This document shows, in pieces, positions 15,345-21,985 of a stretch of DNA of 36,150 bases. Both the position numbers and the translations under genes were made by a program. Source of the DNA: a bacterium (GTDB lineage: Bacteria; Patescibacteriota; Minisyncoccia; Minisyncoccales; PWPS01). The notes under the pieces are model-generated. The model was not told where the DNA came from and ran no database searches. It saw nothing but the letters and a program-made list of their open reading frames with translations. The stretch is taken from positions 1 to 36,150 of the forward strand of contig JAGYMX010000002.1 in assembly GCA_018400405.1 (NCBI GenBank). Direction: 5' to 3'. Position 1 is the first letter of the stretch, and each line of letters begins with the position of its first letter.

Positions 15345-15947
15345 ATGACCTATCAAATAACAGATGAAGAAATTAATAAAATATTAAGTGCAAAAGGAGA
15401 AGTCCGGGGAGTAGTTTTTAAGACCGATAGACATTTTATTATAAATAGAGCAGGAGAAGATGGGTTAAAAAAAGTAGAAGAAGAATTAAAAAAAATGAAC
15501 TGTTCTTTTGACTACGAAGAAGAAGCAGACAACATGAGTTTTTATCCTATCGGTATGCGTGCAATGTCTATTATTGCCATCAGTAAAGCATTTAACCTTG
15601 ATAGAGAGGGAGTAAAGGAGATGGGGTTCCAAGCTCCGAAATTTTCTCTTATGATAAAGTTTTTTATGCGCTACTTTCTTTCTGCAGAAAAAATTATGGA
15701 GAAGGCGGGAGAGATGTGGAAGAAACACTACACCGTGGGGAAGTTAGAATCTGTAGAATTGAATATGGAAGAAAAGATTTTACGTGCACATCTTTATGAT
15801 ATTGATCTCCACCCTATTTTTTGTGATTATCTTTGTGGATATTTTGGATCTGTGATTAAAATGGGTGTAGGAGAAGATGTAAAAAGTGAAGAAGAAAAAT
15901 GTATTCATCAAGGAGACGAGTATCATGAGTTTGTAATAAGATGGTAG
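15345..15947 (+). CDS. V4R/DUF2378-like paralog 4 of 4
   Basis: 200 aa. GEVRGVVFKTD…FYPIGMRAMSIIAIS…KEMGFQAPKFSLMIKFFMRYFLS…EMWKKHYTVG…HPIFCDYLCGYF…EEKCIHQGDEYHEFVIRW. Its stop overlaps the next ATG (ATGGTAG, 15941-15947). Confidence 0.8.
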   Translation: MTYQITDEEINKILSAKGEVRGVVFKTDRHFIINRAGEDGLKKVEEELKKMNCSFDYEEEADNMSFYPIGMRAMSIIAISKAFNLDREGVKEMGFQAPKFSLMIKFFMRYFLSAEKIMEKAGEMWKKHYTVGKLESVELNMEEKILRAHLYDIDLHPIFCDYLCGYFGSVIKMGVGEDVKSEEEKCIHQGDEYHEFVIRW

Positions 15948-16501
15948 AAAAAGAAGAAAAAATAAAAACCCTTTCCGAGGACATAGCTTTACTTGAAAGC
16001 TATATTGAGGATTTGTTTTCCTTTACCCCTCTTCCACTGTGTTTTGTTAATCCGAAAGGAATGGTTTTAGAAGTTAATCCTGCTTTTATGAAGGTGACTG
16101 GGTATAACGAGTATGACGTTATCGGAGAAAGCTTGTTTTCTTTTATGGAAAAAGAAGACGCAGAAAACATACTAAAAGAAGCAATAGAAAAAGATATTGT
16201 TGAAGGAAAAGAAACGAAGATAAAAACAAAAGAGGAAGAGTATATTCCTGTTACCGCTTTTGCAAAAAGACGGAAAGTAAAAGGCGAAGGAGTAAACGGA
16301 GCGTTTTTTTCTTTTTTCGATCTTGCGGAAATAAAGAAAAAAGAGGAGGAGGTAAAAAAAACGAATAAAAAATTAGAGGAAAAAATAGAAGAGATGGAAA
16401 AGATAAACAGATTGACGATAGGAAGAGAACTTAAAATGGTAGAATTAAAAGAAAAAATAGAAAAATTAGAAAAAGAGCTAAAGAATTATAAAAAGAGTTA
16501 A
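15941..16501 (+). CDS. Soluble PAS-domain protein with C-terminal coiled coil (paralog of the kinase N-terminus)
   Basis: 186 aa. …YIEDLFSFTPLPLCFVNPKGMVLEVNPAFMKVTGYNEYDVIGESLFSF… (PAS S-box), then a Lys/Glu heptad-rich tail …KKLEEKIEEMEKINRLTIGRELKMVELKEKIEKLEKEL. Confidence 0.75.
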   Translation: MVEKEEKIKTLSEDIALLESYIEDLFSFTPLPLCFVNPKGMVLEVNPAFMKVTGYNEYDVIGESLFSFMEKEDAENILKEAIEKDIVEGKETKIKTKEEEYIPVTAFAKRRKVKGEGVNGAFFSFFDLAEIKKKEEEVKKTNKKLEEKIEEMEKINRLTIGRELKMVELKEKIEKLEKELKNYKKS

Positions 16502-16503
16502 GA

Positions 16504-18264
16504 ATGACAGAAGAAGAAACAAAAGAAGAGTTTTTAGAGGAAGACGGAGGAGAGCTTGAAGATCTTCGCCGATATATAGAAGATTTTACCTCTTTTCTTC
16601 CTTTGGCTTTTTGTATGGTCAATCCCCTTGATTATATACTTGACAGCAACAAGGCGTTTCAAGATATTACGGGATATGAAAAGATGGAGGTTATCGGGAG
16701 CAATATAGGAATTCTTTTCAAAAACAAGGGAAAGCTGGAAAGTTTTATTGCTCGAGTGGCAAGTAAAAGCACGGCAGTAGAAGAAGAAGTGACTCTTATT
16801 ACGAAAGAAAAAAAAGAAATCCCGGTAAAAATTTCTGCTCTTTCAAGAAAAGATGAAGAAGGAAGCTTTTCTGGATATTTTCTTACAATTAGTGACATCA
16901 CAGAGACAAAAAGATTTGAAGAGGAACTGGAAAGAAAAATAAAAGAGAGGACAGAAGAGTTGGAAAGAGCAAAAGAAAGACTGGAAGAATCGGAAGCAGT
17001 TTTAGAGGTAAAAATTAAAGCACGCACGAAAGAACTTGCAGAGTTAAATGAAAATCTTGAAGAGAAGGTAAAAGAAAGAACAAGTGAACTTGAAGAAAGA
17101 ACGGAAGATCTGGAAAGAAAAACAAAAGAAATGGAACAGACACAAACAGCACTTCTCAATTTAGCGGAAGATGCCGATGAGTCCTTACATGAGGCAGAGA
17201 AAGAAAAAGAAAAAACAGAAGCAATTATTAAAAGTTTTGTTGATGGTCTTTTCTTTTTTGATCCGGAGAAAAACTTATCGTTAGCAAATCCGAAAGCGGA
17301 AGATATGTTTGATGTGAAATCAAGAGATATTGTTGGGCGATCAACAAAAGAACTGAGAACATTTCCAACTCTTAAACCACTTATTAATTTAGTGGGAAGG
17401 GATATTAAAAATATTTTCCGAGAAGAAATTTCTGTTGGAGAAAATATTTATTTTGAGGTTACAACAATTCCTATTAAACACGAGAAAAGAGATATTGGTA
17501 CCTTGATCAATGTACATGATATTACAAGAGAGAAAAGCATTGAGAAAATTAAAAGTGAGTTTGTTTCTGTTGCTGCCCATCAACTGCGTACACCTCTTGC
17601 TGGAATAAAGTGGACACTTCAAACAATATTAGAAGAAGGAGAGACAGAAAATGTTCCAGAAGAAATTATTGAGTTTATCAAGAGAGCATATGAAGCTAAT
17701 GACCGAATGGTAAACTTGGTAAACGATCTTTTAAATGTAACGCGTATTGAAGAAGGAAGATATGTTTATGAACCAGAAGTAACGGATCTTATGGAAGTTA
17801 TAAACCCTATTGTTGAGGACTATAAAAATCACATTGAAAAAAAGGGGCTTCGCTTTGAGTTTAAAAAACCAGAAAAAGAGCTTCCGAAAGTAAAGATAGA
17901 CAAGGAAAAGATAGGGATCGTTGTACAAAACTTTTTAGATAATGCGATGAAATATACGAAAGAAGGAAAAGTAACTCTTGAAATAAGGTATAGTGAAGGA
18001 AAAATAAAAATCTCTGTTACCGATACGGGGGTGGGAATACCGGAAGATCAACAAAAACGCCTTTTTAACAAGTTCTTTCGTGCGGCAAATGTTCAGCGAA
18101 TGGATACAGAAGGATCAGGGCTGGGACTTTTTATTGCAAAAAACATTGTTGATGCTCATAAAGGAAAGATAGGGTTTGTTTCTAAACCTGGAAAAGGAAC
18201 CTCTTTCTACTTTACTCTTCCTGAGAGCAAAGGTGAGGTGGATGAGTTCTTTAAATCTTTTTAA
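16504..18264 (+). CDS. Cytoplasmic sensor histidine kinase: PAS - coiled coil - PAS - HisKA - HATPase_c
   Basis: 586 aa with no hydrophobic TM segment. PAS1 …YIEDFTSFLPLAFCMVNPLDYILDSNKAFQDITGYEKMEVIG…. Coiled coil with repeated ERT.EL motifs (KERTEELERAKERLE…KARTKELAELNENLEEKVKERTSELEERTEDLE). PAS2 …FVDGLFFFDPEKNLSLANPKAEDMFD…. H-box EFVSVAAHQLRTPL, N-box VVQNFLDNAMKYT, G1 VTDTGVGIP, F LFNKFFR, G2 GSGLGLFIAKNIV. Confidence 0.9.
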   Translation: MTEEETKEEFLEEDGGELEDLRRYIEDFTSFLPLAFCMVNPLDYILDSNKAFQDITGYEKMEVIGSNIGILFKNKGKLESFIARVASKSTAVEEEVTLITKEKKEIPVKISALSRKDEEGSFSGYFLTISDITETKRFEEELERKIKERTEELERAKERLEESEAVLEVKIKARTKELAELNENLEEKVKERTSELEERTEDLERKTKEMEQTQTALLNLAEDADESLHEAEKEKEKTEAIIKSFVDGLFFFDPEKNLSLANPKAEDMFDVKSRDIVGRSTKELRTFPTLKPLINLVGRDIKNIFREEISVGENIYFEVTTIPIKHEKRDIGTLINVHDITREKSIEKIKSEFVSVAAHQLRTPLAGIKWTLQTILEEGETENVPEEIIEFIKRAYEANDRMVNLVNDLLNVTRIEEGRYVYEPEVTDLMEVINPIVEDYKNHIEKKGLRFEFKKPEKELPKVKIDKEKIGIVVQNFLDNAMKYTKEGKVTLEIRYSEGKIKISVTDTGVGIPEDQQKRLFNKFFRAANVQRMDTEGSGLGLFIAKNIVDAHKGKIGFVSKPGKGTSFYFTLPESKGEVDEFFKSF

Positions 18265-18271
18265 AATTTAT

Positions 18272-18300
18272 TTGACAATATTTTTTAATACAGATACAAT
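18272..18300 (+). promoter_or_regulatory. Sigma70-like promoter for the two response-regulator genes (TTGACA-17 nt-TACAAT)
   Basis: TTGACA at 18272-18277, 17-nt spacer, TACAAT at 18295-18300. Starts 8 nt after the kinase stop and lies 40 nt before the ATG at 18341. Confidence 0.5.
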
Positions 18301-18340
18301 GCAGTAAAGGTTTAATCTAAATTATACTTTTTATATAAAT

Positions 18341-18808
18341 ATGAAGAAGATTATTATTGTTGAAGATGAAGAAATTCTTCGCAATCTCTTGCACAAGAAA
18401 CTTGGAAATGAAGGGTATGATGTTGATGTTGCTGAAAACGGAGAAGAAGGTCTTTCTAAAATAAAAGAAAACAAGCCAGACCTTATCCTTTTAGATATTA
18501 TTATGCCTAAGATGGGAGGATTTGAGATGCTTGAAGAGATGCAAAAAGAAGAAGAGCTCTCTAAAATACCAGTAATTGTTGTTTCTAACTCTGGACAACC
18601 TGTAGAAATTGATCGTGCACAAAAACTTGGAGCAAAAGATTGGTTGGTAAAAACAGAGTTTGACCCACAAGAAGTAATTGATAAAGTTGTCACGCAGATT
18701 GGGAAAGGAGAAAAAGAAGATTTTATAGAGGAAAAAAAAGAAGAAATAGAAGAGGAAAGAGAAGAAAATTTAAAAGATAATCCTGAAGAAGAAAACAAGG
18801 AATTTTAA
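18341..18808 (+). CDS. Response regulator, receiver domain plus acidic Glu/Lys-rich tail (no output domain)
   Basis: 155 aa. IIIVEDEE…, phospho-acceptor Asp in PDLILLDIIMPKMGGFE, VVSNSG, GAKDWLVK. The tail is KEDFIEEKKEEIEEEREENLKDNPEEENKEF. Confidence 0.88.
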   Translation: MKKIIIVEDEEILRNLLHKKLGNEGYDVDVAENGEEGLSKIKENKPDLILLDIIMPKMGGFEMLEEMQKEEELSKIPVIVVSNSGQPVEIDRAQKLGAKDWLVKTEFDPQEVIDKVVTQIGKGEKEDFIEEKKEEIEEEREENLKDNPEEENKEF

Positions 18809-18853
18809 AATTAATTATTAAAATTAGTAAATTTATAAATCAAAAGGTTAAGT

Positions 18854-19216
18854 ATGGCTAAAATATTAGTCGTTGAAGACGACAAATTTCTTCGGGAAAT
18901 GATTTCCCGAAAATTGGATAAAGAGGGTTATGAAGTAGTACAAGCAGTTGATGGAGAAAAGGGAGAAGAGATGATAAAGAGTGAAAAACCAGACCTTGTA
19001 CTTCTTGACCTTATACTGCCAGGAATTGACGGATTTGATGTTTTAGAAAGAACAAAAAAAGATCCGGAAGTTGCTGGGATACCAGTAATTATTCTTTCCA
19101 ATTTAGGGCAAAAGAGTGAAGTAGAGAGAGGGCTCAACCTTGGTGCAGTAGATTTTCTCATTAAAGCTCACTTTACTCCCGCAGAAATAGTAAAAAAAAT
19201 CAGAGAAACGATTTAA
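18854..19216 (+). CDS. Single-domain (CheY-like) response regulator
   Basis: 120 aa. ILVVEDDKFLRE…, PDLVLLDLILPGIDGFD, VIILSNLG, GAVDFLIKAHFTP. Confidence 0.9.
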   Translation: MAKILVVEDDKFLREMISRKLDKEGYEVVQAVDGEKGEEMIKSEKPDLVLLDLILPGIDGFDVLERTKKDPEVAGIPVIILSNLGQKSEVERGLNLGAVDFLIKAHFTPAEIVKKIRETI

Positions 19217-19250
19217 TTTTTACTTACCAAGTGTAAGTAAAAGAAACTGT

Positions 19251-20096
19251 ATGCCGGAGTTACCCGAAGTAGAAACTACTGTTTCCATGTTAAAATCAAA
19301 GACCTTAGGAAAGGTCTTTTTTTCCATATGGGCAGAAGACGGAAATGAAAAAAGATTAAAAGAAGCAAAAAATAAAAAAATAAAAGAGATAAAAAGGTTC
19401 GGGAAAAGTATAATTTTTTTCTTAGAGGGAAATGTTTTTCTTTTTGTTCATCTTCGGATGACGGGGCACTTTCTTTTTGGAAAATGGGAAAAAAAATTTT
19501 TCTCAGGAGGAGTTACTTGGGTAAGTAGAGAGAAGGTGATGAAAGAAAGAAAGAACGGGTTTTTAAGATATATATTTTTTTTAGATGATGGGAATCAAAT
19601 CGCTCTTTCTGATCAAAGAAAATTTGCAAAAGTAAAGGTTATCTCCAAAGAAGAAATGGAAAAACACATTGCACGGCTTGGTCCTGATCCACTTTTAATT
19701 ACAAAGGAAGAATTTTTTAAGCTTTTTAAGAACAAAAAAAAAGCAATAAAACCTCTTCTTATGGATCAAAGCTTTCTTTCTGGGATAGGTAACATATATG
19801 CAGCAGAGGTTCTTTTTAAAGCGAAAGTAGATCCAAAGAAAAAAGCAAATTATTTAACAGAAAAGGAAAAAGAAGATATTTACTTTTTTATAAAAAATAT
19901 ATTAAAAAAAGCATTAAAACTTAAAGGAGATAGTACAAGTGATTACCGTCTTTTGACGGGCGAGAAAGGAGGATATCAAGATCACCATCTTGTTTATAAC
20001 AGAGCGGGATTACATTGCTTTGTTTGCAAAGAAAAAATAAAAAGAGTTAATATCGGTGGAAGAGGAAGCTACTTCTGTCCGAAATGTCAAAAATAA
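19251..20096 (+). CDS. mutM: Formamidopyrimidine-DNA glycosylase (Fpg/MutM family)
   Basis: 281 aa. N-terminal MPELPEVETT, H2TH region …LMDQSFLSGIGNIYAAEVLFKA…, C-terminal zinc finger CFVCKEKIKRVNIGGRGSYFCPKCQ. Confidence 0.88.
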   Translation: MPELPEVETTVSMLKSKTLGKVFFSIWAEDGNEKRLKEAKNKKIKEIKRFGKSIIFFLEGNVFLFVHLRMTGHFLFGKWEKKFFSGGVTWVSREKVMKERKNGFLRYIFFLDDGNQIALSDQRKFAKVKVISKEEMEKHIARLGPDPLLITKEEFFKLFKNKKKAIKPLLMDQSFLSGIGNIYAAEVLFKAKVDPKKKANYLTEKEKEDIYFFIKNILKKALKLKGDSTSDYRLLTGEKGGYQDHHLVYNRAGLHCFVCKEKIKRVNIGGRGSYFCPKCQK

Positions 20097-21049
20097 AACA
20101 AATGATAATTTTACTTTACGGAAAAGATACTTACCGCTTACAAGAGAAGATGAAAGAAATTATTGCTGAATACAAAAAAAAGCACTCTAGTGGTCTTAAT
20201 CTTAAATTTTTGGGAGAAAAAGAATCTCTCCAAAATGCATGTGATTACGATAAACAGTTTTCTATGTTTGGAGAAAAACGTCTTCTTGTTGCTTGGAACA
20301 TTTTTTTTACAGAGAAAAATCGCGACGATTTTTTAAAAGAGAAGAAAAGATTTATTTCTTCGGAAAATATTTTTCTTTTTTATGAAGAAAAAGATTTCAA
20401 AAAAAGTGATCAGTTTTTAAAAACTATTGAAAAAGAGAAAGAGAAAGAACCAAAAAATGTAATAATCCAAAAATTTTCTCCTCTTTCTGGAAAAAGTCTT
20501 TTTTTATGGATTAAAAAAGAATTTGAAAAAGAAGGTGTAAATATAGAAGAAAAGGCAGTGAACCTTCTTCAAAAAATAGGCGGAGAAGATCTTTGGAAAA
20601 TAAAAAACGAGATAGAGAAAATTTCTCTTTATAAAAAAGATATAAGCATAGAAGATGTTACTTTTATGTCAAAAATAGGAGTAGAAACAAATATCTTTAA
20701 GACGGTGGACGCGATAGGAGAGAAAGAAAGAGAAAAAGCACTTTTTCTTTTTTATGATCACTTGCAAAAAGGAGATAATCCTCTCTATCTTTTTTCTATG
20801 ATTGTTTATCAGTTCCGAAATCTTATAGTCGTTAGTGATCTTATGAGAAGAAATGTTTCTTATGAAGAGATGAAGCAAAGAAGTGGGCTTCATCCTTTTG
20901 TTTTTAAAAAAACATATCATCAAGTAAAAAAGTTTTCTTTTTCTGAACTTCAAGATATTTATAGCAAGCTTTCCCTTACGGACAGAAAAATAAAAACAGG
21001 GCAGATAGACCCTGTTTTAGGAATTCAGTTGCTTCTTTTTTCTCAGTAG
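20084..21049 (+). CDS. holA: DNA polymerase III delta subunit (HolA-like)
   Basis: 321 aa. …IILLYGKDTYRLQEKMKEII…FGEKRLLV… and C-terminal …NIFKTVDAIGEKEREKALFLFYDHLQKGDNPLYLFSMIVYQFRNLIVV fit the HolA layout. Starting at 20084 overlaps mutM by 13 nt; ATG 20102 (MIILLYG…) is an alternative. Confidence 0.65.
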   Translation: MSKIKQMIILLYGKDTYRLQEKMKEIIAEYKKKHSSGLNLKFLGEKESLQNACDYDKQFSMFGEKRLLVAWNIFFTEKNRDDFLKEKKRFISSENIFLFYEEKDFKKSDQFLKTIEKEKEKEPKNVIIQKFSPLSGKSLFLWIKKEFEKEGVNIEEKAVNLLQKIGGEDLWKIKNEIEKISLYKKDISIEDVTFMSKIGVETNIFKTVDAIGEKEREKALFLFYDHLQKGDNPLYLFSMIVYQFRNLIVVSDLMRRNVSYEEMKQRSGLHPFVFKKTYHQVKKFSFSELQDIYSKLSLTDRKIKTGQIDPVLGIQLLLFSQ

Positions 21050-21052
21050 TTG

Positions 21053-21316
21053 CTACCTTTCTCCATTTACTGCCTTTGTGAGACGTGATTTTTTCCGGGA
21101 AGCAGTATTTTTCTTTATTACACCTATTTTCGCTGCTTTATCAATGATTTTATAACTTTCGGGAAGAAGTTTTTTTGCTGCACTTCTCTTTTTTTCCGCA
21201 ATAAGTTCTCTAATCTCTTTAACAAGTTTTTTCATTTTTCTTTTGTAACTCAAATTGAGTGCGTGTCTTTTTTCACTTTGTCGCAATCTTTTTTTCGCTG
21301 ATTTTGTTATGGGCAT
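21053..21316 (-). CDS. rpsT: 30S ribosomal protein S20
   Basis: 87 aa. MPITKSAKKRLRQSEKRHALNLSYKRKMK…IDKAAKIGVIKKNTASRKKSRL is a typical bS20. Confidence 0.9.
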   Translation of the reverse strand: MPITKSAKKRLRQSEKRHALNLSYKRKMKKLVKEIRELIAEKKRSAAKKLLPESYKIIDKAAKIGVIKKNTASRKKSRLTKAVNGER

Positions 21317-21342
21317 TTTTTTAAATAAATTCTCTAAAGAGT

Positions 21343-21371
21343 AAAAAATAGAAAGCAGTTGTGCGCTTTCT
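21343..21371 (-). promoter_or_regulatory. 5'-proximal hairpin plus U-tract in the rpsT leader (attenuator or 5' stabiliser)
   Basis: Minus strand reads AGAAAGC-GCACAACT-GCTTTCT followed by ATTTTTT. The hairpin begins about at the predicted transcription start of the promoter at 21377-21405. No upstream same-strand gene exists to terminate. Confidence 0.4.
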
Positions 21372-21376
21372 CTAAA

Positions 21377-21405
21377 TTTATATCATCTTTTCACTTTTTA
21401 GTCAA
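21377..21405 (-). promoter_or_regulatory. Sigma70-like promoter for rpsT (TTGACT-17 nt-TATAAA)
   Basis: Minus strand: TTGACT (21405-21400), 17-nt spacer, TATAAA (21382-21377). Confidence 0.5.
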
Positions 21406-21418
21406 ACTTTGATATAAT
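21390..21418 (+). promoter_or_regulatory. Candidate promoter for ruvA with extended -10 (TTCACT-17 nt-TGaTATAAT)
   Basis: TTCACT at 21390-21395, TG at 21410-21411, TATAAT at 21413-21418. Overlaps back-to-back with the rpsT promoter. Confidence 0.4.
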
Positions 21419-21442
21419 AAAAAAATTCTATATACTTTGTCC

Positions 21443-21985
21443 ATGATATACTATTTAAAAGGAAAAATTGTTATTCTAAAAGACGACTTTATTGTTCTTG
21501 ATGTTGGTGGAAAAGGGTATAAAATATTTTTTTTATCTTCAAAAAAGAGAAAAAAAGAAAAGGTAGTAACTATTTTTTGTTATTTGCAAAAAACAGAAAA
21601 AGAAGATCGCCTTTACGGATTTGAGAAAGAAGAGAACTTAGAACTTTTCGAGAAATTAGTGAAAATTTCTGGAATAGGACCAAAAACTGCTTTTCGTATC
21701 GCTTCCTCTTTTTCAATGGAAGAGTTAAAAAAAGGAATAGAAAAAGAAGAAAAAAGAGTGATGGAAAAAATTTTTAGCATTGGAAATAAAAAAGGTCAAC
21801 AAGTTATTTTTGAGCTTTCACGAAGATTTGTTAAAGAAGCAAAAAAAGATGATACTTTTACCGCTTTACAAAATTTAGGATTTTCTGAAAAGGAGATTAG
21901 GGGCGCATTAGAAGACATACCAGCGGAAATCTCAAAAGAGGAAAGAGTTGCACAGGCACTAAAAATTTTAGGAAGAAATGATTAA
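21443..21985 (+). CDS. ruvA: Holliday junction DNA helicase subunit RuvA
   Basis: The ORF track starts at TTG 21437; ATG 21443 (MIYYLKGKIV…DDFIVLDVGGKGYKIF) matches the canonical RuvA N-terminus. HhH region LVKISGIGPKTAFRI; domain III …LQNLGFSEKEIRGAL. Confidence 0.85.
   Translation: MIYYLKGKIVILKDDFIVLDVGGKGYKIFFLSSKKRKKEKVVTIFCYLQKTEKEDRLYGFEKEENLELFEKLVKISGIGPKTAFRIASSFSMEELKKGIEKEEKRVMEKIFSIGNKKGQQVIFELSRRFVKEAKKDDTFTALQNLGFSEKEIRGALEDIPAEISKEERVAQALKILGRND

Noticed and set aside
16659-17159. 166-aa minus-strand ORF inside the histidine kinase coiled-coil region
   Set aside because: It is the mirror of the Glu/Lys/Arg-rich coiled-coil codons (a Ser/Phe/Leu-rich product). The kinase frame carries all the conserved boxes.
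18331-18798. 155-aa minus-strand ORF almost exactly co-extensive with the first response regulator
   Set aside because: The plus-strand product has the full receiver-domain signature. The antisense product is poly-Ser/Phe low complexity.
19220-19240. Hairpin ttacttac-caagt-gtaagtaa between the second response regulator and mutM, considered as a terminator
   Set aside because: It has an 8-bp AT-rich stem with no downstream T-tract on the plus strand. The T-run lies on its 5' side. This is insufficient to call it a terminator, though it may be a weak processing or stability element.
21049-21053. Convergent genes separated by only 2-3 nt with no terminator (holA/rpsT here, NIF3/elp3 at 24426-24429)
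   Set aside because: This is consistent with the extreme compaction seen throughout the window. It is notable for transcript 3'-end overlap, but it is not evidence of a distinct element.
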